Numbered from the stretch's first letter, positions 24,371 to 38,748 are shown. The stretch is DNA of 64,000 nt from Eledone cirrhosa (GCA_964016885.1 OZ024740.1:132742001-132806000), one strand, 5' to 3'. A program made the numbers and translations. Notes: generated by a model from the sequence alone, not told the origin.

Positions 24371-24413
24371 ACGTTGCTAACGATAGCTAATAAGCTTGAA
24401 ACTAGTAGCGCGT
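24371..24413 (+). ncRNA. Minimal type I hammerhead ribozyme, mutated core (CUAACGA)
   Basis: acgttg-ctaacga-tagct aata agctt-gaaa-ctag-ta-gcgcgt. Confidence 0.6.
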
Positions 24414-24558
24414 TCCTTTGTCAGAGTTGAACAAATGAGAAACGATGGTTGCTAGACATTGTACGGCTTAATTCGGGATGTTTGTTTACAAACACACCGA
24501 GCATTATAATAAATGTTTGGTGAATCCATACGTATATATATATATATATGTGTGCATG

Positions 24559-24605
<47 letters not shown>

Positions 24606-24829
24606 TACTGTACGCCTGTATACATATATGTATGTACGTATACATACTTATATTTAAGTAACAGCCGTACTAAGAGTGAGAAATGAAATTTCGTTTCATT
24701 TTTTCCGTTTATTGTTTTCGGTACCCCGGCCGATTAACTCACTTGATATGCAAATTAGGCTGCTCAGCCGTCAATATGGATAAGGACAGTATATACTTTC
24801 AGACATTCAACCATCTAGCAGGAAGGTAT

Positions 24830-24872
24830 ACGTTGCTGACGATAGCTAATAAGCTTGCAACTAGTACAGCGT
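24830..24872 (+). ncRNA. Minimal type I hammerhead ribozyme, GAAA mutated to GCAA
   Basis: acgttg-ctgacga-tagct aata agctt-gcaa-ctag-ta-cagcgt. Confidence 0.65.
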
Positions 24873-25017
24873 TCCTTTGTCAGTGTTGAACAAATGATCA
24901 ACGATGGTTGCTAGACATTGTACGGCTTAATTCGGAATTTTTGTTTACAAACACACCGAGCTTTTCAATAAATGTTCGGTGAATCCATACGTACATATAT
25001 ATATGTGTGCATGTATG

Positions 25018-25053
<36 letters not shown>

Positions 25054-25169
25054 CATACTACTGTACATCTGTATACATATATGTATGTACGTATACATAC
25101 TTATATTTAAGTAACAACCGTACTAAGAGTGAGAAATGAAATTTGGTTTCATTTTCTACGTTTATATAT

Positions 25170-26008
25170 ACATATATAAATAAAATAAAATAAAATAAAT
25201 AAGTCAAATGTTTAAAATGTGGCTTCGTTTATTACTGCTATATATATTTCGGTGACAGCCATCTTTGACTGTGACCTCTTCAGGCAGTCCGAATTAGTGT
25301 GGTAGGGACGAGTACACATGTTGTTGAGGTGTATAACTTTCTCAATACTCTGATATGCCCAGTTCCTGGTTGGGTTGTTATTTCACTGAGAAACTGGAAT
25401 CATATGAATTTAAACAAACGAATTTCAACGTCGAAGGTCCTCTTCTCTCATTGGTCAGTTGTTAGAACATTCCTCAGTCAAAAATCTATAGAAATTCGTT
25501 CTGAGGCAAGCCAATCTGTAGTTGTTGTTCTTGTTAATGTTAGGTACATCTGACCTCTATTCCTATGTTCGTAGTGGTTTTGTTGTTGGAGTCAGCTAAA
25601 AAAAAGTGATAAAGTAGTAAAAGGAATAAGATGGTAAAGGAACAAAATAAAATAAAATAATCGAATAAAATGTGTATTTGTCTTATACCCATCTCAATGT
25701 TATAAAGATGTGTAAGGTCAAACTTCCCATTGGTCAGTGTTGATAGCATTCCTCAGTCCAAAGTCTATAGAAATTATTTCTGGGGTGAGGCTCTGGGGTG
25801 AAGCTCCTTGTGTTAAGTACATCTGACCTCTACCCTTATTTTGGTAGTGTTGTTGGTGTTGTGGTCAGCTTATGTCTTGCTGCTGCTGACAATTTAGAAG
25901 TATCTGTGTGTGTGTGAAGAAACACACACACAGATACTTCTAAATTGTCAGCAGCACGAATTACTCCGTACAGAATTTCAGCAACCATCGTCACCTTTTT
26001 GTTCAATA

Positions 26009-26010
<2 letters not shown>
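25170..26010 (-). mobile_element. TA-flanked non-autonomous or decayed PLE insert with hammerhead and 5' foldback hairpin
   Basis: Hammerhead at 25234-25288, internal diverged direct repeat (~25450-25560 vs ~25730-25835), perfect hairpin at 25881-25956. Confidence 0.6.
25234..25288 (-). ncRNA. Type I hammerhead ribozyme, intact core
   Basis: Minus strand: actgc-ctgaaga-ggtcacagt..gctgtcacc-gaaa-tatata-ta-gcagt. 5-bp stem I, palindromic short stem III, AUA cleavage triplet. Confidence 0.8.
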
Positions 26011-26070
<60 letters not shown>

Positions 26071-26280
26071 CGTTCGTTAGGATATATTGGAGTTTATTCT
26101 AAAATTTTGAGCTCTTAAAATCATGTAATAATACAAACTGGTTATTCATTCGTAATGTTTTATATATACGAACTTCTCAGCCCTGAAGAGATGATTGGCT
26201 CTGCCATGTTAACAAACTGTCGAAGAAATGGTGAATGTATCTGTGGCGCCCCTATGTTTCCTACAGGATTCAAGGGTAAT

Positions 26281-26353
<73 letters not shown>

Positions 26354-27494
26354 TTAATATTTATCAGTTATCAGATTGTGGTTATACTGTCACAGCGCTT
26401 TCAGGATATTTGCAGGTTATAAAAAATCCGGACGGGTTTTTATGTTTTTCTGTGTATATGTATGATACCTGTGCGGCCCAATCCAGATGGCCTTAATAAT
26501 TATCGATCTCTGTAAATATGAGTTAAGTACTGCTAATGATTCAATAACTCGGTCGGAGGCACTGTTAGGATTTGAAACCATTCATCTTCCAAATGCCTTA
26601 ATTGTGCGTTAAACACTGCACTAAGCATAATGTTGTATATATCATTATATTACATTATTTTCTATAATAATATCATCACTATTCTTGAAATATTTAGCCG
26701 ATTTAACTTTTAAAGTGTTTGATTTGTCTCTTAAAATATTAGTCAATGTGTGAAAGAAAGAAAAAATGAATTAGCTAAGCATGTTAATCATTTGCCTCAG
26801 TGCGAAATAAATGTGATGGTTAGTTAAGCAAATGCAAACCCATTAGAGTAACCTGTTTTTCTAACAAATTAAATCTCTCAACGGTGTCAATCTCAAAGCT
26901 CTCATTTGATCTTTGCTTCCAATATCAAGGATTTCATAAAACGCCTGTTGATTTTGAAGCTTAATAAAGTGCATTTTAATTGAAGATTATGTTTGCAGTT
27001 TTACGATTGGAATTTAATAACTAGACCAAGTAGTCAACAGGAAGGATTTCATTTTTCTTCCATTTAATACCCAATATCTAAATAAAAAAAGGATTTCTTT
27101 ATTGTCGGACATTGTAAATATTTAATAGCGACAAATTAATTATATTATTATGTCAATTCAGATTTGATTTTGTGTTTAAACATCTAATTGCTCAAAAATA
27201 TTTAAAAGCGCATAATCGGTTTGGCATCAGCCGTGTATAAATATTGCCAACTATAAATGATATTAAAAATATCAAAATTTTCACTCAGTTAATTTTATCT
27301 ATGCGTATTAATAAGCGAGTTAGATAAGTCGGATTTGAAAATTTAAGCGGATCCTTAGTATGTGTACGGAGTTATTTCACTAGTTTCGTCCCAACCAGTA
27401 TATCCGGGTAAGCAATATATATAGAAGTGCTTAATCTCTGTGAATTCAATTACTAATATTCTTCATGTATCTATTATTTCAAACATTGAAATAA

Positions 27495-27581
27495 TTGTTT
27501 CTACTTTAGGCACAAGGCCAGCAATTATCCAGTGCATTACTGGTACTTTATTTTATTGACCCCGTAAGGATGAAAGGCAAA
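27495..27581 (-). mobile_element. 5'-truncated SINE
   Basis: tgtttctactttaggcacaagg..gaaaggcaaa. Confidence 0.85.
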
Positions 27582-28588
27582 TATAATGATAGGTAATTTT
27601 AAATTTAATCAAATATATTTGGTTGTCTTTTGTTGATCCTAAAATTAATAGCATTGATTTTTCTGAATATAATTTGTCTCTGCTGAATGCATTATGCTAT
27701 ATGATTGAACATGAGACGTGAGAGTTACAAAATAATTTCTTCCTATAACTGTCATATCAAAGAATGTCTACATTTCAGTCATATTGTTATAACGAATGGT
27801 AACTATAAGAAATTGCAGTTTAACTATAATGAAATATTTCCAATGCCATTTTGATCTGACACGCAGTTGTGGCATAAAAAAGGTAGTTATACTAGTATTA
27901 AAATGTTTTAAAATGGTGCAGTCGAATAGAAATATTTTCAGGCGACAATGAACATTCGAATATAGAAGACCTCGGGAACGGAGCGTAAAACTTGTGGAAT
28001 TGTAATGCAACATTGAGTTAATCAAGTTAAATACAAACCAATTATATCATTTTGGATAAAGAGACAGTGATAAGAAACAGTGAATACGTACGAACAGTAG
28101 CGCACCGGGTCTAAATATATTGGTTGCCAGGAGATGAAGGGGGCCCACCTACACATAGAATGCTATCATTTAATTTTTATAATGAATGAATAACATTTTC
28201 GAAAAATACATAAATGGAAGAAAAACAGTGCAATCAAATTTCTGCGGAAAAATACCTTACCTTCACCAATAAAAAATATGTATTTTGCGGAATCCCGAGT
28301 CTTTCAATAATGACCAGAAGTCGACCCTAAATATTACTAATAGCTCTAGGAAAACCATGAACGAAACCATATCTTATATATAAGAGAAATGAATTATAGC
28401 ACTGTAAGGCTACAAATATAAATAAAGAATGAAGCCTAACTAATACAAATACCTAAAAAATGCACGAACAATTTATTTCCTCTCGCAAACATCATCCCCT
28501 CAAGCATTTTCCAAAATGGTTTCCACACACCTACAAATCCCATCGTAGATTACATTCACGGAACTATAACTAATATTAGTTGCACATC

Positions 28589-28627
<39 letters not shown>

Positions 28628-31600
28628 ACACACACACACACCCGCAACCACAGACACGGATGTTGGTTATGTTTTAACAGAAAATAAACGCAAATCACCC
28701 ATATGCAACGCCATATGTTGCAAGATTTTCTCGAATACCAACGTCATAGCTTTTGAAAAAAAAGAAAAAAATCTCCGGTGGGACAACCCACAGCGCAGCT
28801 GTAGATCAGTAAATACGAAGCATTCATTAACCGTTTCTCTTTGAGCTGAAGGTCATTGAGACATGCGTTGTCCTCGATTGCCCGTCTACCAATTTCTTGT
28901 AAAATATTGTAAAGAAATAAATATAATTTTATATAAAATATAATTCAAATCATTAACTTATTTCAAGTATATACAATTTCGCCCGGAGTTGTCAACATCC
29001 ATTAACTGGTTTAGTTTTAATTTCCTCTAACCGATTCTATTTCTTCCCAGGCATATAGTATTTCTCTGAATTTTGGAAAACAGATTTTATATAAATTTAT
29101 ATTCATTTTATTAAGGCTGTGATCAATGTGAATGTGTCTGTGCAGTGGGTGGAATTGTCTGAATAAAGTTGGAGGGGGAATATATTGAAATCTACATATG
29201 TATACAATTACACATGTATGCACAAATATACATATATAAGCATAGGCATATATACAATCATATATACATACGCATACATAAATAGATATACCTATAAACA
29301 TAATTAGTTACTAAATATACTTAACTCGTCCTATGGAGTGAATGGTTTTACCCTTGGATAGTCCTACCAAACTTATAATACGTACCTATAAACATATATA
29401 TATATACTAAATTCCTAAAATATTTAATATATATTTAAACTAACCTACATATACACATAGAAAATGCGTACACAATATTATATATACATAACATCCAAAT
29501 TACATATACAGGCACAACAATATAAAGAAGCATATAAATATATATAGGGGATTGTATGCCATGGCTGTGACACTGAATTGGCAGGGTGCCTCCGAATCGA
29601 ATTAGTCCTCTCTTTTCTATTTTCAAATTTCTATTCTCTGTTCGTGTTCGACGTAATCCTATTGACTTTTGGAACTAACACTGCAATTAACAGCTCATGT
29701 AATTGTCTAAGTTTGCATCATGATCGGATGTTAAGGGTTGGCCATCGAAATATGTATAGTGGTTTCTCGGAATTAAAATTATAAAATAAATTTCCAATCT
29801 GGCCCTCCACCACAAGTCAAATCAACCTACACCTCTATCCTCGCCTCTCACAAGATATCTTAAATCCTCTACACATTAAGTCCTTCTTTTCTCACTGTAT
29901 AATATCTCCCTACAGCAATATTAACTCAACAGCACTTTTTCTCGTGCCATAAGCTCTGTGTCTGGCTCTGTTATTGTAATGTTTCTCGGGAACGCGAGGT
30001 ACTTCTAAATCCTCCAGCGTTTTCCTGTTTGATCAGCGGTTACCATTTCTTTGTATTATTGTGTCATCGTGTCCCACCTTCCCTGTGGAAAAGAAGTAGG
30101 TACAACTCAGTGTTGATTCTCATTGCATTGACACTTTAACGGTTGCTGTTTTAATGCATCAAGAGGTATATTCTGTACATGGATATTTGCCAGATATACT
30201 TTGCAATCAATCATGTTCACGAAGCCGAAACAAGCTCCAAGGCTGCATAAAGTCTGCACTGAGGGTATCCAACAGTGACACAAAAAACACCGCTTAATAT
30301 TTACTGCGGAAAAAGCGTATCCTACACATTTCGCAAAATCATTTGCCATCTTCCTGGTTCCGTTTTTGACAACCTGCTCCATGAAAACAGTTGATCTGCA
30401 TATATTTTTGATATCCTATTGTATTCTGAAATCCCCTTTTTATGGGGCTGGATTATTTCATTGTATGAATCATTGCTACTTCGCTGACAGGATGGGCTTG
30501 CATACCATAAAACTACATAACTATTTTACGACAATTTGCCTTTTGGTTTCAATGCCCGTTCTCATAAAAAACGTAAATATGGAACTTGTGTCGTGAATGG
30601 TAAAAAGAATGCCAATAAGTACATTGTAAATAACTACTGCATATGATATTTTTATGATATTTCGATACGAATTAATACATTCGATGAAATAATCAATTGT
30701 TTATAGCAAACATTAAGTAAAATTCAGAAAACGTACTATTAGATGCTATCAAGATATCATTCCCAACATATGTTTGGTTAAGTCATATATCTTATATATC
30801 CCTGTAGTTCACTGAGATAATTGCAGTTTTAGTAGATGCAAGTGAGATAGAAAATGAAACAATTTATGGGAATATATATATATTTACTGGACTACGTAGT
30901 TATGTTTATGAAATAAAATTCATATTTTTGTTATTTTTTATGAATACTCAGAGACTTCAAAGATGTAAAATAACCTTTCTATAATTAAGTAATCTTCTTA
31001 TTACCTTTCTTTCAGTTCTCTTATTGCGGTATCACTAACATAAACGTCACACAACTCTCATTAACAAATACTTTGACTTGAGATTGTTTGGTTTATTTGT
31101 TTCTTTATATATTTTATTCCCTCTCAATATTTATATCCTTTATTCTTTCTTTGTAGCTTCTTATCAGAATACTTTAAGCTTGAAGTACATAATATCGATA
31201 TGACGTAACCATAAATTATGGAAGAAATGAAATATAGTTCGACTCAATTAGATGGTAGGAATACCGAGTGCGAATACAGAAAGGTCCATCATCATTTCTA
31301 GATCTGGCTAGCAAATCACGAGGTGATCATTTGAGATGGATGATATTCATGATGATGTATCTATTTTTTATAAAGTTATTATACTCTGATTCCTTATCTT
31401 TTTCCTAGTGTAACTACCCCCCCCCCCCCCTCAACATAGGTGCGGCTAGAACAGGAGAATTTGTTATTTACTAATATTTTCTCAGTTTTGTTTGCTTCTT
31501 TTTGTGACTCTGATGTGAATAAAAGGTTAATGGGTTCATAGATTTCTCTTTGAAATTCTCTCGCTAAAGTTAGTTGAAACCTCCGCTCTAATTCCATCGA

Positions 31601-33518
31601 CTTTATTTGATTTATATTCGTTTGGGGCATTTATAGGGAAGGTTAATATTTTGTAGTTTTTCTGACAAACCCAATATCACACAATATCCTAAGTATGTCT
31701 CTCCTTAGAGTTTCGTCTTATTTTCAGCATGTTTCTGATGATTAACCACACTGAAAGTGAGATATGTGTGGCGTATTTACAGGTTTCTCTGATGCATATT
31801 AATTATAAAATATTTGGCCCCTGTCAAATTCTGATACGATAAGCAAGATGAAGAGGTCAAGATGATGCCTGTTGCAAAATATCGTAATAAATAATGTCAT
31901 AAATAAAAACATGTGAACGAGTGTAAAATCTAAACAGTTGAGTAAAATTAGTTAATCATGCCTGATTATAGAAAACGAAGGACAGCGACACATGTGGGTT
32001 ATGAAAGACCGCATCCGCGAGCCGGTCGCTATTTATCTTGCATGCAAATATTTTTGTTTGATATCTGTACTGGTGCCTATATATTTCCATGTCTACACAT
32101 ACCATGTCTACACATGCGCATAAACATTCACACACACGCACATACATACATAAATACATACATGGATACCTACATATATGTGTGTGTGTGTGGTGTGTGT
32201 TATGTGTGTGTGGGTGTGTACATTTATATATCTAGATACATATATATGGTATGAGTGTGTGTAACTAATTTCGTCCAATTTATTATAGAACATGTGAATT
32301 TGTTCTAACTACTTAAAATCTAGTGTAAATATATATTTTTAGAGAGAGCGAAAAGTATTAATCCTGCAGTTTTAGCCTAACAACTTTTATGAAGACGTCC
32401 CAATAAACTCTTCTTTTCCCATACGCCTAGCATGATTCTGTTGATGTTGCATGCTTGCGTGCACACTTATGTATACCGCTAGATAACTATCATTAAGATA
32501 TGGTGGCTATGTTTTCTAGGAAATATTATTGAAACCTAAAATGCTATAATTTCAATTTAATAATCTCTTAGCGTACAAGGAATTTGATATGACCACGATG
32601 ATTATTGATTTTAAATTATTTCTGGAATATCAATATTAGCTGCTATCAATATACCTGATATAGCGTGTATAAATTACGATTTTTATGCACACAAGACCAT
32701 TTTTCCAGGCAGTAAATTTAATTAGCTCATTGTTTGTTAGAGTTGGCCAATTTCTTTAACATATATATCATTAATAATGTAGGAAAAATATCGTTGAGCT
32801 GCGTGTGTTGTTTTGTTAGTCTTGTTATTAATGCTCTTGATACTGATAACCTAACTTGTGATTCTTCCGGTTCTGTTGGTCATGGTAATACGCGAAGGGA
32901 GAAGGATGCAGATAATCTCGTGGATGAAATTATATATACTGATTATTATAATATAATTGGAGCTAATACTATCGTTATTGATGCTGAGTTATCACAATGC
33001 TTCTTTTCTTTTCTCATAATTGTTGATGGTGATGATATCGGTGAAAGTGTGGGTGGTGCTGTATGTACATATAATAATGAGAATAGCAATACTTGTAGTG
33101 TTATAGATGGTGGTTCTGCCTGGCGAGGATAGCGATACAGCTCCTGGTGACATCCCCTTAACACAACAAAACCATTTATCTCAAGTAAAAATATTTTAAA
33201 CTGGGATTAAAATTAGCACCATTGATTATATTAAAACTCAGCGTTTGCTAAAGTATAGATTGATATATACATATTTTTAAATATGTTTCATAGAAAACAG
33301 TAAATTTGTAGTTTGACATTTGATATAGATATATATAAAATAGGAAGCTGTCATATAGTATTAGCACTCAGTTGAATACAAGGGTATAAAAATATATATT
33401 TACTACAACTATAATTTTACGGCTGTCTTTTTATTTCTAAAGAGACGGGTTGTTACAATGAACTTTCCTAAACTTATAAATTGCAGGCCTTAGGCTTACC
33501 TTAGAAATCCTCATTATT

Positions 33519-33700
33519 GGATTAGCAGTAATGGTAGAGGGTCGGACGCCATGCTTTGACGCATAGAGTTACGGCCCTTTCCAATGTGAGTTCAAATCCC
33601 ACCGAGGTTAACTTTGCCTTTCGTCCCTACGGGTTCGATAAAATAAAGTACCAGTAATGAACGGGGTAATTGCTGGCCTTGTGCCAAAAGTAGAAAGAAT
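33519..33700 (+). mobile_element. tRNA-derived SINE (second head subtype)
   Basis: ggattagcagtaatggtagagg..gagttcaaatccc..gtagaaagaattattatt. Confidence 0.9.
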
Positions 33701-33739
33701 TATTATTTGTTATTTTCGTATAGCGTTGATGTTAAGTAC

Positions 33740-34640
33740 TGGTATTGTTCTTACCAGCAGTCTCCTTTTCAGAGCGTAAGAAAATCAATTTTTTGATTAT
33801 CCTGACAATGCTAATTAGGCATGGTCTTTGCACAATTTTTATAACAATGTAAAATCTAATGTGTTGCATATTTTGAGGATGGAAATCCTTTAAACATCCT
33901 CGGGATCCAATACTTAATGGTACAACTTTTACCTTATTTACTTCGCCATTCCATACTTTCAAAACTTCATATTTGAGGTATTTGTCGTAGTTTATCTTCT
34001 CTTTTGCTTTATTCTCTATTCTTTACTCTAGCATCATAAGGAAAAGCTACATCCACAATAAAGCACTATGAAAATTATATCTGGTCTATTGTGATAAATG
34101 TTTGTTTACGTTTGTATTGTAATATATCGTGGATTTGTGACTTTGTCATTTTGCAATACATTCATCTCTTATGTCACCAAGTAGTCATATCATTTTTCAC
34201 GACAATTAAAAGTAAACTCTTTAGAAAGTCACCAATGTATTACCGCTGCCACTTTATCATATCTCCATTTTTTTTATTCATTCTGAGCCAGTTCTGAGCA
34301 TCCTGAGCAATATGGTTAATTGTCTCATTCACCTTTTCCTATATTCTGCAATGTGGATATGTGACGAGCTTAACCATCACATTTGATCCAATTTGTCCTA
34401 ATGAAAGTTTTGCCATAATGAAACCTTCCATTTCCTTCTTCAGATATTTTCTTAGTAACCATGTCCTTGTTTCGTTGTAATTTCTGACATCTCGTGTGCT
34501 TTTTCATAGACTGAGTACAATGGTTTTGCTTCAAATCTAGCCTTCTGGTCTGTGGATATTTCAGCTTTCTTTTTCTTAAAATAGCCTATTCCTTTGTAAA
34601 TCTTCCTTTAAGACCCCTTTTGAAACGTTTCTTGATTCTG
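33740..34640 (-). pseudogene. Old, decayed R4/Dong C-terminal relic
   Basis: The minus strand retains KEMEGFIMA, PHCRI..ETINHI, PDIIF and KVKVVPLSIG remnants in the expected order. Confidence 0.65.
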
Positions 34641-35344
34641 TCCTAGTTACTCACTTAAACTTACTACCGTGCCTGTTCCCTTTAGTGGATGAAACCACAT
34701 ATAAACATATATACAAGAAACATTTGGATAAACACGCTGCCAAAGAAAAATAAATAAATAAAGTAAACGAAACCTAAAATATTTTATTATTATGCAATCA
34801 GTGTGTCAGTATGCATGCCTTCAGAGATATTTATCAATACATTAAATCATCAGATTTGTAACAGAGGTTATATAATATATTATTTAATGACATTATTTAT
34901 TTCGAGCAGTTGTGAAGAAAAATATTTAATATGTGTTTATATTTCAACAAATATTCATTTTAAAATATTACAAGATAATGTATAAGGTTCAATTCTTCTT
35001 ATCATTAAACTGTAATATTCATTTTAATATGTATAAAAGTACATGTTAATTACATAACCAAATGTATAGGTATTTCCATTATCATATAAATATTGCAGTG
35101 TTCTTGTGTCGACTATAATTTAGAAGGTTACAATGATATATATATACTACCCAAAATATTGAGTACCCTGGTGCGTTATGATCTACCTAGTATCTTACCA
35201 CAGCCTCTATGTTCTATATATATATGTGCTTACATGAAACTATATAAACATATTTTACATATATGCATATTTGTATAAATATATATTTATGTATATATGT
35301 AAATATATGTATATATATGTGTATATATATATATATAAATATAT

Positions 35345-35436
35345 ATGTGTGTCTGTGGGTTTGTGTGTGTGTGTGTGTGCGTGTGTGTGGGGGTGGGTGT
35401 GTGTGTGTGGGTGTGTGTGTGTGTGTATGTGTGTGT

Positions 35437-35492
<56 letters not shown>
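35345..35492. repeat. (GT)n microsatellite
   Basis: Direct reading. Other (CA/GT)n tracts at ~28590-28640, 35750-35795, 37277-37335 and 39770-39800; (CT)n at 23627-23670. Confidence 0.95.
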
Positions 35493-35494
<2 letters not shown>

Positions 35495-35753
35495 AACGTA
35501 AAAGGTAAACAACAAGACCAAACAATGCAGTACAACGATATGCTTTGAAAAGATTCAAGATTCCGGACGCTTATTATTTCATCAGAAGAGAGAATGATAA
35601 ATAAGAGAATAAATAAAATGTTAGAGGAAAGTGAGAAGTGGAAGAAATGAAAACAATTTTTCATAAAACACCTCTGTGCTCAGTCAGCCATTTTGAGGAA
35701 ATACACATTTACATATATATATATAAATATATATATATATATGTATATATGTG

Positions 35754-35797
<44 letters not shown>

Positions 35798-36139
35798 TGC
35801 TAATTTGAAGTGGTGTACTTAAGGAAAGTCACGACAATGCGAATTAGACGAACAAAAAATAGGGCGAAGTAATTATGTATTAACTTATTTATTTATCTGT
35901 CATGATATTTCCTTACATACATTACCACAGATAAATAACCTGAGAAGTGTGTGTCTTTTTACACAAATAGTATGACCCATACACATACGCACGTATGTCT
36001 GTACGTGCGCAGATGTATATATACACTTAGGTATATAAGTACGCACCTACACGCACACATGCAGACACACACATACTTGTACCCCCATGTATACAGTCAT
36101 GTATGTAGTCTTTAAAGTTAAGTATTGTTTTTTTTTATT

Positions 36140-36430
36140 CTATGTTAAGTATTTTGTGCTTAATTCTAGTCTATCATCGATCTGCAGGCGTGTTCTGGCT
36201 ATGATTAACGCTTCTTTGATTTTTAAATTGCCTAAATTTCTGCCTCTTGCTTCTACCGTAACTGTTATATTTTTGTCTGTGTTTTCACATTTCTCTAAGT
36301 GGTTTTTGAATGAGAAAGCGTTTGTATTGAGGTGTGCTTTAATCCTAATGTGTAGATGCCGGGTGGTGCAGACTATATGGAAATCATTACATTTTTTGCA
36401 CTGGGCACGGTACACGACGCATGCTTCCTG
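36140..36430 (-). pseudogene. GIY-YIG endonuclease remnant of a Penelope-like element
   Basis: VVYRAQCKKCNDFHIVCTTRHLHIRIKAHL..HLEKC..LKIKEALII fits the PLE pattern VVY..C..C...YIG.T.R.L..R..EH..L.I.EAL.I. Confidence 0.75.
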
Positions 36431-37122
36431 ACACATGTCTGTGTCACTGACTGAGAGAAAGAAAACGTAAAGGAAAAACGAGCGAGAATGAGAGAGAGTT
36501 CAAAAATAAAAACTGAATTTACGCTGACCTGACACATATAGGAGAGCAGACAGAAAGCATAAGAGAAATTGTATCAAATGATCATGCTTCCAAGTGTGAG
36601 AAACAAGATGTTGCTGGGATTGGGAACAATACATCGTAAATAAAAACGTGAAAGACACCAGCTGCCTTGGGACGACATCAGAGATCAAACTGCCAGAGTA
36701 GTAAAGAATTACGCACAACCGATACGTTTGAAGGACTATGTAGATTTTGGCTGCAGGATTTTAGCATGCACGACCCCATCCAAAAAGATACACCTCCAAA
36801 AAAGAAAGGCTCTATGTTTGGATAAACGAACAATAAAACAAAATGTATACTATATTAAGCAAATTATATTTCATTTATTTTGTTCTATATTTCAGTCCCT
36901 TTTATATCACTCGTCTTACCTTAATGCTTTCCCCTCTCCCTCATATATCGCTTACGTAACACTGTGCTCGACCACGCACAAATACAACGACATCACAAAA
37001 CACTATACACACACCTATATATATATAATTGCATATGCATATTTATAAATATATATATATCAAGTAAGAATTCGTAGTCAAAATACGGCGATAGCTTACA
37101 TTTCTAATAATATATATATATA

Positions 37123-37165
<43 letters not shown>

Positions 37166-37232
37166 TTATTTATTTATTTATAAATATGCATATGAATATA
37201 TATATAAATATATACATATATATATAAATATA

Positions 37233-37338
<106 letters not shown>

Positions 37339-38562
37339 CATGTATGTATCTGTATATATGAAATTTAAATAAACTTTATATTATCCCCTATTCACACAGA
37401 AGTATTGTTCATATAGGTTTAAAATACCATTATCTCTTCATCTGAAGATAACTACACCCATTATTCAGCCAACTGTGAAATATTATAAAGATCACTAGAG
37501 CAGGAGTTAACAGTTAACTGAAATGACCATTCTAATTGGCATGGCGTTCATCCATTTGGCAACGTAAGCTACTATCTAGGAAGTATTTATGCGCGTCACA
37601 TGTGCACAATTTAAGGTGGTAAATGAAGCTTTTATAAAATAAAAAAACTGTAGTTATACATCTAGGGCCTGGTGCGTAATGAGTAGGATGAACAACCTTT
37701 ATCTAGCAGCTTCACTGAGCGCAGGTAGACGATCGGCCTCTATATACTATGTGTTAGCATCCACAATCAAAATTGACATGCATTTTTGCATTGAGTAACG
37801 CACGTTACCACATTTCTGTTTCTCTCATAGTCCTTAAAATTCTGAAAACTATAAATGACTATGACTTCCAAGATTTTATTTTCTGCTTTGACAACTGCTA
37901 ACATCTTAACTGAACGAAGACTGAGCAGCAGGATACGGAAAAGAATCCTCAATATTGGCGGAAGTACATCATCGTTAGAGTGAACTTTGTGGATTTTCAA
38001 ATTATTGCCTGAGTGTAAAGAAATAATCAGTCGTATTGCGGGATATCTTCACACTTATTCAAGTATCTAGATACTGATTTTAAAACAAAAGGGGTTACTA
38101 TATTCAACTACTTATTCTATAACAATATTTGCTACGAATATCACTATATCGCAATAACGTCATGGGACAACAGTCTTCACACATCGATAACGTATCCCGT
38201 TTATTCCTATCATGAATATCACGAACAGGCACACATACACAAACATGCATAAGCACATGTGTAGTATAAATGGTTATATTCATATCATTCACATTTAGAT
38301 GGCATATTCTCATACATTAATGCATACATACGCACATGATACATACATATATACATACTACATTCATACATGCATACGTAGATATATAAAAATATACACA
38401 TATACATACTTGGTAATTTAAATCCGTAGTTATCTGAGAATTACAGGTGGCGAGACCATTTCTGACTGTATTTGTTTCATGTAGTATTCATGTTTAATTA
38501 TCTTATTTGCTGCTCTTACAATTATGATCAACATTTGGAATGTCATTCTCTGTATTTATAAA

Positions 38563-38748
38563 TGTTTCTACTTTTGGCACAAAGCCAGCAATTATTCCAG
38601 TGCATTACTGGTACCTTATGTTATCGACCCCTTAAGGATGAAAGACAAAGTTAACCTCGGCGGGATTTGAACTCAGATCGTAAAGGGACATACTCTATGT
38701 TGGAAAGCATGGCGGCCGACCCTCGATCGATACACCCAATCCACCGCC
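38563..38748 (-). mobile_element. Full-length diverged SINE
   Basis: Reverse complement of the SINE, ending ccaatccaccgcc. Confidence 0.88.

Larger units (their letters stand above)
23728..25162 (+). mobile_element. Hammerhead-containing tandem repeat (candidate non-LTR retrozyme), array A: inverted partial copy plus ~2.7 direct units
   Basis: Units recur at 427 and 459 nt spacing (ribozyme GAAA position at 23971, 24398, 24857). 23728-23955 is the reverse complement of the unit. (TA)n on both flanks; no real ORF. Confidence 0.8.

Noticed and set aside
23735-25098. Repeated small ORFs (MKFRFIFSVY.., [10 protein letters not shown]..) in the tandem unit
   Set aside because: They run through variable TA tracts, vary in length between copies and have no motif; the conserved feature is the RNA structure.
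23728-25162. CRISPR-like or centromeric satellite interpretation
   Set aside because: Eukaryotic context, long units without unique spacers, and dispersed low-copy arrays with retro-insertion signatures.
28096-29010. Possible hAT-type MITE starting cagtagcgcaccggg
   Set aside because: No convincing matching TIR or 8-bp TSD at the other end.
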